From the NCBI GenBank assembly GCA_963665295.1, contig OY762209.1, positions 2,080,001 through 2,144,000 of the forward strand: a stretch of 64,000 nucleotides of DNA, written 5' to 3'. A program made the position numbers and the translations under genes. This stretch comes from Syntrophorhabdaceae bacterium. GTDB taxonomy: Bacteria > Desulfobacterota > Syntrophorhabdia > Syntrophorhabdales > Syntrophorhabdaceae. Below the pieces are notes generated by a model that saw nothing but the letters and a program-made list of their open reading frames with translations, was not told the origin of the DNA and made no database searches. Positions 21,674 to 31,312 of the stretch are shown piece by piece; position 1 is the first letter of the stretch; each line of letters opens with the position of its first letter.

Positions 21674-24600
21674 ATGACGGGAATCCTTACGACGGCGGTA
21701 GTGCCCCTGTCCGGCTGGGATTCGAATTCCATGAAACCCGAATGGTCCTTGATTATGGAATGTGAAATGGACAGGCCGAGTCCTGTGCCGCCCGTAGCCA
21801 GTTTGGTGGTAAAGAAAGGTTCCGTAATCTTCTTCATGACCTCCCCTGACATACCGATTCCCTCGTCCCTGACAACGACGCGCACGTGCCCTCTGTCGGG
21901 ATCGAGGAGAGTGGTCACCCGGATTCCCCGGCCGGGGTCGGGCAGAGACTGGAGGGCATTCATTACGAGGTTGATAATTACCTGCTCCAGTTGCTGGAAA
22001 TTCCCCTTCACCGCAGGAAGGTCCGGGGCGAGTTCCAGGGAGAAGGTTGAGGTGTGCCGCTTGATCTGGCTCGCGAGGAGCATGGTGGAATCAGAGACGA
22101 CCTTGTTCATATCGACCCTGTCCGTGAGTCCCGTATTGTCCTGCCTCGCGAAGTCCTTCAAATTGTCGACGATGCCCTTGATTCTCCGGGAGCCGTCGGT
22201 AATGCCCTGAAGCAGCCGCGCCACCACGCTGCGCATTTCGCTGAAAGGGAGACCGCCCAGAGAAAACTCGCCATTTTCACTACTGTATTCGGCAAGCACT
22301 CTCAAGGCATCCTGCCACGCGTCGGCGAGAAGGGAGGCATTGAACATGATGAAATTGTTGGGATTGTTAACCTCATGGGCAACGCTCGACACGAGGACGC
22401 CGAGAGAGGTCATCTTGTTGGCATGGATCAGCTTGGAGTGAAGGCGGGCCGCCTCTTCTTTCAGGCGTATCTCTTCCGTCATGTCCCGAAAAGCGCAGTA
22501 GACCACATCGGCATCGGAGAGGGTAATCGTTTTGCCCCGGATGTTCACTCGCAGACTCATACCGCCTTTGGCTATGGTTTGCATGTTTTCAAGGGCGAAA
22601 CTTCTTGTCTTCCCCGCACTTTTCAGGATATTCTCGAACCGCCGGAGTTCGGGCGGTGGAAAGATAAGGGAAGCGCCGTGCTTTGCCAGGGCACCTCTCC
22701 TGTACCCGTAGAGGCTCACTGCAGCGGGGTTCGCGTCGAGTATCTCCCCTGTCCCGGACCGGAAGATTACAAGGGCATCCTCGTTTTGCTCGAATAACTG
22801 GTGAAACCTTTCCTCACTTTCTCTCAACGCCATTTCGGCCCGTTTTCTCTCGGATATATCGAGGAGGGTGCCTATGACGGCAGGCCGCCCGCGGTAGATG
22901 GTCCTGGAGCCATGGGCCTCAACGGTGATAAGCCGCCTGTCCCCGGTGACCGCCCTGAATTCGGAGTGGGTGGCTTCCACTTCACCGGAGAGTTTCTTCC
23001 GGATACTTTCCGTTACCACGGCCCGGTCTTCAGGGAAAACGATATCCTCCGGCCTCCATTCAGGGGGGATGGCGGAAACCTCGTACCCGAGCACCTTGGC
23101 GAAAGCAGGATTCAGGTAGACAAAACGGTCGTCTTGCAGGAGGTATACGCCCACGGGGGTCTTTTCCGCAAGGCTCCTGAATTTGCTCTCCGATTCCTTG
23201 AGCGCGTCTTCGGCCTGCCTGCGTTCGGTGATATCGCGGACGATGACGCACGCATACTCATCGTTGTTGAAGGTCAAATGGTTCGAGGATACCTCGACGG
23301 GGTGGACAGTCCCGTCCTTCGACCGGTGGGCGGACTCGAACGTTGTGGAACCGCGCCGCCCCGTGAGGGTCCAGCTCTCGTTCCAGCGCTCCATGGTGAA
23401 GTTCGGGTCGATGTCGGGGACAGCCATGGAGAGGAGTTCGGCATGAGTATATCCGAGCACCTCCGAAGCCGCCTCGTTGACGTGTACGAACCTTGCTTCC
23501 CTGTTCACCCAGAAGATAGGGTCCTTTGACGTGTCCACGGCGAACTGGCTGAACCGGAGCCTTTCCTCCGCCTTCTTGCGCTCCGTAATGTCCCGCCACA
23601 CACAATGGAAGACCTTTTTGCCGTCCACGGGTATGGAAGTAAGGAGGACTTCCACGGGAAAGTCGGTGCCGTCCATTCTTCTGTGTACCCATTCAAATCT
23701 GAAAGACCCGGTCCTAAAGCATGTATCGGTTATCTCCCGTGCCTTCCGTGTGGACAGGAGTCCGTCGGGCTGTCTTGCGGGTGACAGGTCGGAAGGCCGG
23801 CGGTTGAGCAGGACGCCTTTGTCGGCGCACCCCATCATCTCTATGGCAGCGCGATTGCAGTCCACAAAAACACGGCCGTCGTAAAGGAATGTGGCATCCC
23901 GGGACCCCTCGAAAAGGGCCCTGAATTTTTGCTCACTCTCCCTGAGGGTCTTTTCCGTTGCTCTGCTCCGGGTGAGGTCCGATACCATCGCCATTGTCCT
24001 GTTGCCTTCGAGTCCGGCGGCCCTGAATTCAACCTCCTTTATCTCCCCCGTCTTGCAGCGGACGCTGAATACGCCGTCGGTAACGTCCTTTCCGGCAATG
24101 GCCTTTCTCCATGAATCGACCACAGACTCCCGGTACCCGTCATCAGGATAAGCCCTGACGAGCCAGTCTTTCCCGGTAGGGATATCCTCGAGGCCATATC
24201 CCGTGATGGCGGTAAACTCCGCGTTGATAAAGATGTTGCGTGCCTTGTCGTCAAGGATTATCACGCCATAGGGCGCTTTGACGAGGCCGGAACGAAAGGT
24301 ATCCTTTTCCTTCTTTTCCCGTATCCCGGCATCCATCCATTTTGTAATATCAACAAATGTAACGAGCAGCGCCCCTTCAGCCAGGGAGTGCCGGGAGACG
24401 AGGACCGTCTTCCTGTCCCCCTTCCTGTCAACCAGTTGACATGGATGGTCTTTAAAGGAGACTCCGTTTACAGGAGGGGTCATGGAAGGCAACAGGCGCT
24501 GAAAAAGACGGGTCCCCTCATCCTTGCCCTCAAATTCACGGCGCAAAAAACCGGACATCCTTTCGAAGGCCTTGTTTACGATGATTACCGTTTCATCGGC

Positions 24601-24783
24601 CCCGAGCAGCACCGCCGGTATTTTCAGGGCGCGAAGGAGATCTTCGAGGTCCATGACGGCCTTACGGGACCTCACTCCTTCAGGAGGACCATACCTGTAC
24701 CATCCGGTCCTTGCCGCTGCGTCCCGGCCCCTGTCCCGCGCCTTCAATCCGTCCGCACCCGGTGTTTTTGAATATGGATCCAT
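21670..24783 (-). CDS. Cytoplasmic multi-PAS sensor histidine kinase (about 6 PAS)
   Basis: Repeated PAS/PAC units, H-box VAHEVNNP, NLVMNA, DEGIG, GTGLGL; no TM; 4-bp overlap with the NtrC gene. Confidence 0.93.
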   Translation of the reverse strand: MDPYSKTPGADGLKARDRGRDAAARTGWYRYGPPEGVRSRKAVMDLEDLLRALKIPAVLLGADETVIIVNKAFERMSGFLRREFEGKDEGTRLFQRLLPSMTPPVNGVSFKDHPCQLVDRKGDRKTVLVSRHSLAEGALLVTFVDITKWMDAGIREKKEKDTFRSGLVKAPYGVIILDDKARNIFINAEFTAITGYGLEDIPTGKDWLVRAYPDDGYRESVVDSWRKAIAGKDVTDGVFSVRCKTGEIKEVEFRAAGLEGNRTMAMVSDLTRSRATEKTLRESEQKFRALFEGSRDATFLYDGRVFVDCNRAAIEMMGCADKGVLLNRRPSDLSPARQPDGLLSTRKAREITDTCFRTGSFRFEWVHRRMDGTDFPVEVLLTSIPVDGKKVFHCVWRDITERKKAEERLRFSQFAVDTSKDPIFWVNREARFVHVNEAASEVLGYTHAELLSMAVPDIDPNFTMERWNESWTLTGRRGSTTFESAHRSKDGTVHPVEVSSNHLTFNNDEYACVIVRDITERRQAEDALKESESKFRSLAEKTPVGVYLLQDDRFVYLNPAFAKVLGYEVSAIPPEWRPEDIVFPEDRAVVTESIRKKLSGEVEATHSEFRAVTGDRRLITVEAHGSRTIYRGRPAVIGTLLDISERKRAEMALRESEERFHQLFEQNEDALVIFRSGTGEILDANPAAVSLYGYRRGALAKHGASLIFPPPELRRFENILKSAGKTRSFALENMQTIAKGGMSLRVNIRGKTITLSDADVVYCAFRDMTEEIRLKEEAARLHSKLIHANKMTSLGVLVSSVAHEVNNPNNFIMFNASLLADAWQDALRVLAEYSSENGEFSLGGLPFSEMRSVVARLLQGITDGSRRIKGIVDNLKDFARQDNTGLTDRVDMNKVVSDSTMLLASQIKRHTSTFSLELAPDLPAVKGNFQQLEQVIINLVMNALQSLPDPGRGIRVTTLLDPDRGHVRVVVRDEGIGMSGEVMKKITEPFFTTKLATGGTGLGLSISHSIIKDHSGFMEFESQPDRGTTAVVRIPVI

Positions 24784-24855
24784 ACTCGACCCCCCCCCGA
24801 AATATGCTCTTTACCGCTCCCGTCCCTTGGGACGGACTCTCCAATCACATGGTGA

Positions 24856-24871
24856 TGCAAGGTTTATACCA
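24856..24871 (-). promoter_or_regulatory. Sigma54 promoter upstream of the PAS kinase/NtrC pair
   Basis: TGGTAT-AAACC-TTGCA on the minus strand. Confidence 0.7.
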
Positions 24872-24922
24872 GCAGGAAAGCCGGGCGCCCGGCGGGGGGT
24901 CGGGGACGGTCCGCGGGAGACC

Positions 24923-27900
24923 TTACCTGTCCAGTATGTCCCGTATTTTCCTTGCCAGGTCTTCGAAGGAATAGGGCTTCTGGATGGCGTCAATCCCCTG
25001 CTGGAGAATGAAGTTCGTATGGATGCCGTTCAGGCTGTAACCCGTCATGAAGAGGGCACGGATAGAAGGCTTGATCTGTTTCATGGCCTCGTAGGTTTCC
25101 TTTCCTCCGAGCTTGGGCATGACCACGTCTATGAGGGCGAGGTCGATCTCGCCGCACCGTTCCTTGAATATGTCTATGGCCTCTTCCCCGTCGGCCGCGG
25201 TGATAACCCTGTAACCGATGGTTTCGAGCACTTCCGCGGCGATATTCCGGAGGGGGTCTTCGTCTTCCACTACGAGGACGGTCTCCCCGCCCACCTTCCT
25301 TGCCTGGTGGGAGGACGGCGCTTCTCTCACCACATCCTCGGACGCGGAGGGGAGGTATATCTTGAAAGTCGTTCCCTTGCCTATTTCGCTGTACACGTTG
25401 ATAAAACCGCTATGCTGCTGCACTATGCCGTATACCACGGAGAGTCCGAGACCCGTCCCCATCCCCTTGCCGCTGAAGAAAGGCTCGAAAATCTTGTCCA
25501 GCGTCTCCTGGTCCATTCCCATACCCGTATCCGTGATGGAAAGGACCACGTAATTCCCCGGTTTTGCGTCGGGGTTGAAGCGGCAGTATTCTTCACTCAG
25601 GGCCCGCTCGTGGGTCTCCATGAGGATTTCACCACCCTGGGCCATGGAATCCCTTGCGTTGATCACGAGGTTGAGGAGTATCTGGTCGATCTGACCCACG
25701 TCCACCTTTACAGGGGGGAGCGTCCGCGCCGTAATTACCCTCATATCGATGTTTTCACCGATGACCCGATCCACCATCTTTGCAAAATTCCTGAGGGTGT
25801 CGTTCATATCGACTACTTTCAGTTCGAGGAGCTGGCGCCTGCTGAAGGCGAGCAACTGTTTCACGAACTCAGCGGCCCGGAAGACGGCCCTCTCTATGGA
25901 CGTGCAATAATCGAAAACCCTGTGGTCCTCGGGAACGAATGTCTTGGCAAGTTGGGCGTTTCCAAGGATAATATTAAGCATGTTGTTGAAATCGTGGGCT
26001 ATACCTCCGGCAAGCCTTCCCACGGTCTCAAGCTTTTGAGACTGGAGAAGCTGGCGCTCAAGGATCTTCTCCTTGCTTATGTCGAGCACCGTTCCCACTA
26101 CGGCGGGGCGTCTCTTGTAAGAAGACCTGGACTCCAGCACCTTGAGGGTGCGGGTATCCCCGTCGCCCACTATGATCCTGAATTCGAATTCGTGAGACTT
26201 CGGGAAGTCCTCCTCCTTTTTTTGCAGGAATTCGTTCACCACATCGGCATCTTCCGGATGGATCATGTGGAAGGGCCCCCCTTCGCTCATGGCCTGTTCG
26301 GAGGTGATGTTATGGATCTCGCAGAATTTATGGTTCACGAATCTGAAAGCGTTGTCCTGCATGATGAAGATACCCACGAGGGACGACTCGATGATATTAC
26401 GGTATTCCTCCTCCGATTCGCGAAGCGCATCTTCAGCGCGCACGACCTCGGTAATGTCTTCGCACGTGACGAGAAAATCGCCGGTCTCCAGTCTTATGGA
26501 CTTGAAGTTGACCATCTTGCTGCTCCCGTCCTTGCAGGCCACTGAAAGGGCTACAGGTGTGCGTTCTCCGGTCCGGGCCGCCGCCTCGTCCTTGGGCCAT
26601 GAAAGTTTGGCCAGATGCCGGTATTCCGCCTGGGGAAAGGCATTTCTGAACCAGCCGGCGGCATCCGGGATATCATCGAGGCCGTAGCCGAAGAGTTCCT
26701 GAAATTTCGGGTTTATATACCGGAATGTGTTGTCTTCCCCGACCATCACCATTCCGAAGGGCGCACGGTCTATGAGAAGCCGGAACTTCCTCCGTTCCGC
26801 CTCGAGAGCCTGCTCCGCCCTGATACGTTCCGTAATATCCCGGAGATAGGCGAGCGAGACGGATTGTCCGCCATATGCTATGTTGGCGGCCGACACTTCG
26901 AGAGAGATTATGTCGCCGTTCTTCCTGATGCCCCGGAACACGTATCGCGAGGGAACGGGGTCCCCAAGCTGCCTCAATCTGTTGATCTCGCCGACCCGTT
27001 CCCTGTCTTCGGGGTGGACCATCATGGAGACCGGTTGATCCATGACCTCCTCCATGGTGTCATATCCGAAGACCTCGAGGTACTGCCGGTTCACATAGGC
27101 GTGGGTGTCCCCTGTTATCATGGATACGGCGTCGTTGGAGTTCTCTATCGCCACCCGGTAGCGCTCCTCGGACTCCCTGAGTTCCGACTGAGCCTTTTTG
27201 CGCTCCGTAATGTCGAAAATAGTGACTATTCCCGCCGGCCTTCCCTCCAATTCCATAACCCCTATGGAGGCATCGACCCATTTCCCGTCCGGCCCTTTGT
27301 CCACGAGGCGCATCTCATGGATGGCACGGGACGCTTTATCCCCATCCGGGCGGATATGCCCCGCTTCCCTGAACAGGTCCCGGTAATCGTCATGAGCGAT
27401 CTCCCAGAAATGCATCTTCGTGATCTCCTCGTACGACGAACCGACGATGCGGAGGGCGGCCGGGTTGGCATAGACGAAAAGGTCGTCACGATAGATCAGT
27501 ATGCCGGAAGAGGTGGTCTCCGCAAGAGTCCTGAACCTGTATTCGCTCTCTTCGAGCAATTCCTTGGACACGGTAGTCGAACTCAACTTGGCGACCATGG
27601 CGTTGAAATCCTGGACAAGTTCTCCCGCCTCACCGGTAACGGACGAGTCGACTCTCACGTCGAAATTTCCGTCGTTTACCTCCTTTGTCGCCTCTTTGAG
27701 CCTCACTATGACTTTCGAGAAATATGTGCCCGCCCAGCAGGCCGCGGCGAGCACGATCAGGAGCCCTATGCCCATGATCAGCATGCCTACGCCCATGAAA
27801 GACCGGACAATCCTGTCCACCGTTATCCTGAGGTGGTGGTCGGAGTTCCCCCGGATATCACGCACGGCCTCTATGGGACCTACCAGTTCGTTGATGTAGG

Positions 27901-28552
27901 CGGAGGCGATCACGTTCATCTGAACCCCATCCGCGGTCTTTCTTTCAAGAGGGATCGCATAGAGGTACTTCTGGTCCATCTTTCCGTCGGGTCTCTCCCA
28001 CGTGTAATAACCGTTTGACGGTTTTCCCCACGATGTGGTTTCCATTACCGTCCAGGCCACGGCGAATTCCTCGGAAAGGCGGCGGGGGTCCTGGTTCTCT
28101 ATGGACCGGTCCTGATGAAAGCGTATTATGCCCGAAGCGGTTTCGCCGACGGATGTAAACCCCGTCTTCCCCACGGGTTGGACGGCTATCTGCCTGAATT
28201 CATCACTTTGCTGCAGGTCTTTCAGCGTACGTGCCGGGTGGGTCTTCAGGTAATGCTCTATCTGTGAACTCACACTGACCGTCTTGCGGCGGATGGACTC
28301 TTCCGCCAACCCCCAGAGTACCTTTTCCGTGCGCTGCCATTCCTCGGTGCCCAGTTGACTTATTGTCGCCGTCACTTCCCGGTGGATCTTGCTCCCGTAA
28401 ACCTGGATCAGTACCCCGAAAATGAGTATGGGGATCAGTCCGGAGATGAAGCTTATGAGCATGAGGCGGGTACTCAGCTTTTTCGGTTTTAATTTTGACA
28501 GCACTGCTCCAGCTCCTTTATGTAAAGTCAATCCACGTAATCCATGCCGCAT
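24923..28552 (-). CDS. Membrane hybrid sensor kinase (2 TM, Cache-like, HAMP, 4 PAS, HisKA, HATPase, REC)
   Basis: IAHDFNN H-box, NLVINARD, GTGLGL, C-terminal REC DVVMP; start uncertain. Confidence 0.93.
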   Translation of the reverse strand: MRHGLRGLTLHKGAGAVLSKLKPKKLSTRLMLISFISGLIPILIFGVLIQVYGSKIHREVTATISQLGTEEWQRTEKVLWGLAEESIRRKTVSVSSQIEHYLKTHPARTLKDLQQSDEFRQIAVQPVGKTGFTSVGETASGIIRFHQDRSIENQDPRRLSEEFAVAWTVMETTSWGKPSNGYYTWERPDGKMDQKYLYAIPLERKTADGVQMNVIASAYINELVGPIEAVRDIRGNSDHHLRITVDRIVRSFMGVGMLIMGIGLLIVLAAACWAGTYFSKVIVRLKEATKEVNDGNFDVRVDSSVTGEAGELVQDFNAMVAKLSSTTVSKELLEESEYRFRTLAETTSSGILIYRDDLFVYANPAALRIVGSSYEEITKMHFWEIAHDDYRDLFREAGHIRPDGDKASRAIHEMRLVDKGPDGKWVDASIGVMELEGRPAGIVTIFDITERKKAQSELRESEERYRVAIENSNDAVSMITGDTHAYVNRQYLEVFGYDTMEEVMDQPVSMMVHPEDRERVGEINRLRQLGDPVPSRYVFRGIRKNGDIISLEVSAANIAYGGQSVSLAYLRDITERIRAEQALEAERRKFRLLIDRAPFGMVMVGEDNTFRYINPKFQELFGYGLDDIPDAAGWFRNAFPQAEYRHLAKLSWPKDEAAARTGERTPVALSVACKDGSSKMVNFKSIRLETGDFLVTCEDITEVVRAEDALRESEEEYRNIIESSLVGIFIMQDNAFRFVNHKFCEIHNITSEQAMSEGGPFHMIHPEDADVVNEFLQKKEEDFPKSHEFEFRIIVGDGDTRTLKVLESRSSYKRRPAVVGTVLDISKEKILERQLLQSQKLETVGRLAGGIAHDFNNMLNIILGNAQLAKTFVPEDHRVFDYCTSIERAVFRAAEFVKQLLAFSRRQLLELKVVDMNDTLRNFAKMVDRVIGENIDMRVITARTLPPVKVDVGQIDQILLNLVINARDSMAQGGEILMETHERALSEEYCRFNPDAKPGNYVVLSITDTGMGMDQETLDKIFEPFFSGKGMGTGLGLSVVYGIVQQHSGFINVYSEIGKGTTFKIYLPSASEDVVREAPSSHQARKVGGETVLVVEDEDPLRNIAAEVLETIGYRVITAADGEEAIDIFKERCGEIDLALIDVVMPKLGGKETYEAMKQIKPSIRALFMTGYSLNGIHTNFILQQGIDAIQKPYSFEDLARKIRDILDR

Positions 28553-28923
28553 ATGTGTCAGGGATCTAATCAGAAATGAACACTATACAATTTGATGGAC
28601 ACTTTTGATTTATTCTATACCGCTTTTCGCGGCTATGTCAATTTTAACCAGTCTTATCGACACCTTCCGGTCTTGCTTCCGGGAAAGGCGACGTGAAGGC
28701 CCGACGGGGATTGGTGATCCGTGAGGGCCGGTGCGCGACATCCTCCGTCCGCGCGACACAAAGCGTGGCCATCGGCCGCGCCCGCGAGCACCACATCCTT
28801 TCCTACCCCCGCTCTCCTCGGCGCGACATGGCGCAACTCCGGAACGATGAGCGGGGGAGAATGGACAGGCCCGCACTTCCTCAGGCTTGAGGAGCGGCTG
28901 CGGCCGGTCTCGTGTGATATGTT

Positions 28924-29400
28924 TTATTCAAACGAAAAATCGAGGAACATTACCTCTTTCGTTCCGTTCCCGTCCACGGAAAAGTAAAATGGGAGGGAGA
29001 TGATGGGAATCTTTGTGATGAAATTCAATTCCACATTGTGACCCACCACTACCATCGGTATCGCGGCCTTGAGATTGATGCCGCTCTTTTCGAACTCCTT
29101 CCGGGCTTGTCCTGAAATGATGTTCGTCAGTTCGCCGACAGCGTCGACCACTTCGGGGCCGATACTCTGGCATTCATCGCCCACCAGGGTCTTGAACACG
29201 AACAACGCGCCTGTTTCCCTGAAACTTATAGCGATAGTTCCTTTCTTGTCTCCCACGAGTCCCATGATGCCCGTCACGTCCCCGGACGTTGCCCTCACGT
29301 CCTTCAATATCGGCTTACCCATGGCTGTCTCCATTCCAAGCATGGTTTTGAAGACGACCTGGGATGCGGTCACGAAGGGATTAATAAATTTCACGTCCAT
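28924..29400 (-). CDS. cheX: Chemotaxis phosphatase CheX
   Basis: INPF N-terminus, DAVGELTNIISG (E-x-x-N motif). Confidence 0.92.
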   Translation of the reverse strand: MDVKFINPFVTASQVVFKTMLGMETAMGKPILKDVRATSGDVTGIMGLVGDKKGTIAISFRETGALFVFKTLVGDECQSIGPEVVDAVGELTNIISGQARKEFEKSGINLKAAIPMVVVGHNVELNFITKIPIISLPFYFSVDGNGTKEVMFLDFSFE

Positions 29401-29431
29401 GTTCTTTCCTCCACTGTGCGTTAGATTAGGG

Positions 29432-29806
29432 CTATTTACCCACCCTCGCCCTCGCCTTGTCGATGGCGTCTTTCAGTTTCTCGGGGGTAAACGGTTTTAC
29501 TATATAGTTGTCAACCCCTGACTTGATGGCCTCCATAATGTTGTCCTTCTGGGCTTCGGCGGTGACCATGATAAAGGGGATCGACTTGTACGTATCGTCG
29601 CCCTTGCAAGCCTTCAGGAATTCTATCCCCGTCATCTCGGGCATGATCCAGTCGCTGATGATCAGATCTACACTGTCGTTCTTCAATACGGACAGGGCGT
29701 GCTTTCCGCTCTCGGCCTCAAGCACGTCCTCAAGGTTGATCTGCTTCAGAACATTCTTGATGATTTTTCTCATTGTCGCAAAATCGTCCACGACGAGGAC
29801 TTTCAT
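29432..29806 (-). CDS. cheY: CheY (enteric-like, likely motor-binding)
   Basis: VVDDFATMRKII, SDWIMP, MVTAEA, YIVKPF. Confidence 0.93.
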   Translation of the reverse strand: MKVLVVDDFATMRKIIKNVLKQINLEDVLEAESGKHALSVLKNDSVDLIISDWIMPEMTGIEFLKACKGDDTYKSIPFIMVTAEAQKDNIMEAIKSGVDNYIVKPFTPEKLKDAIDKARARVGK

Positions 29807-29852
29807 CGTTTACCTCCTGTTTAATGAACTTTGAAATTTGCATTCTCTATAG

Positions 29853-29879
29853 TTGTCGTGTGATGAAGAATAAACTTAA
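29853..29879 (-). promoter_or_regulatory. Sigma28-like promoter of cheY-cheX
   Basis: TTAAGTTT-N11-CACGACAA, same -35 and spacing as the fliC promoter. Confidence 0.6.
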
Positions 29880-29924
29880 ATGGACTTTCCGCGATTAACG
29901 GGGCAGGGCTGAAAATCTCCCGCC

Positions 29925-29951
29925 TTAACCTTTTTGCAAAAATGGCGATAA
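29925..29951 (+). promoter_or_regulatory. Sigma28-like promoter upstream of a small ORF
   Basis: TTAACCTT-N11-GGCGATAA; -10 identical to that of the flgM promoter. Confidence 0.55.
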
Positions 29952-30026
29952 GGGAAACAGGAGAAAAGATATGAAAGCCGACACTCATATTCATGAAGAC
30001 CGGTCCACCCACGGCAGGAGGGGCAT

Positions 30027-30167
30027 ATGTGGAGCCTTGAACTGATCCGGGAGATCGTCCGCATTCTGATGGGAAGCAGGTGTTACTTCGACCTGGATTT
30101 GAGGGAGAGACACGGTCTCGTCAAGTATATGCTCGGAGACCAGTCGGTGCGCCACCTTGGTTCGTAG
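30027..30167 (+). CDS. Small hypothetical protein (46 aa), below the ORF-track cutoff
   Basis: AGGAGG at 30016-30021, ATG 30027, MWSLELIREIVRILMGSRCYFDLDLRERHGLVKYMLGDQSVRHLGS, TAG 30165. Confidence 0.55.
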   Translation: MWSLELIREIVRILMGSRCYFDLDLRERHGLVKYMLGDQSVRHLGS

Positions 30168-30220
30168 TACCGGCCGCCCCTGATCCACGGAACCCGTTCA
30201 TCTGCCCGCCCTGCTGAAGG

Positions 30221-30922
30221 TCATGCCGGGCCCTCCGTTCCGTCGGTGCGGGAAGGTCCCGCGTCAGCCACTGTAAGCCTTTTATATTCCGAGATAACGT
30301 TCTTAAGGCTGCTTATTCTTCCTTTCCATCCCTTGAGGTATTTATTGTAGGACTGGGGCCTCACCTCAGCGAGGCGGGTGTAGCGCTGCTCCCTCGAGTC
30401 GAGGTATACTTCGAGGTCGCCGTCCGACCTTTTGAGGAGCCTTTTTGCCGCTGCGGGGCTGTTGATGAATGTGTCGAAGTGGACGAGGGCCATGGGGTAG
30501 GCAAGAGCCTTGGCCCCCGACTTGTCCCACAGCTTCTTGTATATCTTTTCCACATCCCCCTTCGAAATATTCCTTATGTCGCCCTTGAACCCCAAAGCCT
30601 TTGCCGTTGATTGAAGGATGCCGTACCTCGACGCCTCCTTGCCCCCGTCATCGGACACATATTTACTCCCTTCCTGGCTAAGCACAAATTTCAGGCACTC
30701 ACGGAACTTCAACTGGTCCTCCACCTCCTCGGGAGATATGGGGGACTGAGAAGCGCCCGTGTAGACAGGGCCCTTCGTCGCCGTCTTCTCTATGGACCTC
30801 GTCAAAAGCTTGTCGAAAGAAGCGTCCGTCACCCGCGCTGCCGGGGCCTTCGTCCCCCTTCTTTCCAAATATAGATTCTGGTACTGCATAGCGGCTTGAA
30901 TAAGGTCGGTATAAGATGCCAT
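30221..30922 (-). CDS. Glycoside hydrolase family 108-like peptidoglycan hydrolase with N-terminal extension
   Basis: FVLSQEGSKYVSDDGG..SRYGI, IYKKLWD, FDTFINS and C-terminal YLKGWKGRI resemble GH108 plus PG_binding_3. Confidence 0.72.
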   Translation of the reverse strand: MASYTDLIQAAMQYQNLYLERRGTKAPAARVTDASFDKLLTRSIEKTATKGPVYTGASQSPISPEEVEDQLKFRECLKFVLSQEGSKYVSDDGGKEASRYGILQSTAKALGFKGDIRNISKGDVEKIYKKLWDKSGAKALAYPMALVHFDTFINSPAAAKRLLKRSDGDLEVYLDSREQRYTRLAEVRPQSYNKYLKGWKGRISSLKNVISEYKRLTVADAGPSRTDGTEGPA

Positions 30923-30961
30923 AGGCTCTCCAGGATAAAGGAATATAATAAGGTAGCAAGA

Positions 30962-30977
30962 TGCAATATAGGTGCCA
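30962..30977 (-). promoter_or_regulatory. Sigma54 promoter of the GH108-like gene
   Basis: TGGCAC-CTATA-TTGCA, about 40 bp upstream of the ATG. Confidence 0.85.
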
Positions 30978-31236
30978 ATTGAGGCAGATCACCTGTTCAC
31001 CAGCATTCCCGTCCTTGGGCACCATTTGAGGTTTCTTTTGCCCGGCTTGTGCGACGCCCCTCTTTTTGAGGGCCCTTTTCCGTCCTTTCTTTCTCCAACC
31101 GGCAGCCGCGGCCGCGGTGGGCGTTACCCTGCCTGTCATGAAGGGTGACAAATTTTTGACAGCTTCGGGATTTCCTGTACGGACGGGGTTCTTCGCTCCT
31201 TCCCGGCGCGCTCCCGGGATATCTCCCGACAAGAGC

Positions 31237-31263
31237 TTAAGTTTTTTCCGTCATGTGCGATCA
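31237..31263 (+). promoter_or_regulatory. Sigma28-like promoter of cheW
   Basis: TTAAGTTT-N11-TGCGATCA. Confidence 0.55.
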
Positions 31264-31312
31264 CTACCTCTAGAATAAGATTTGTTTCGTCTATTCTGAT
31301 CAAAGGAGGCGC

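Noticed and set aside
24524..26545. 673-aa plus-strand ORF and other long antisense ORFs (e.g. 1190-2530, 7014-8267, 26615-28018, 37664-39136, 40705-41988, 56191-57561)
   Set aside because: Shadow frames opposite well-supported genes in GC-rich DNA; no motifs or RBS
28654..28680. GTCGATAA sigma28-like -10 upstream of the hybrid kinase
   Set aside because: No convincing -35 at the 11-bp spacing
30221..30922. GH108 gene as a prophage lysin remnant
   Set aside because: No holin, integrase or structural genes nearby; it has a host sigma54 promoter
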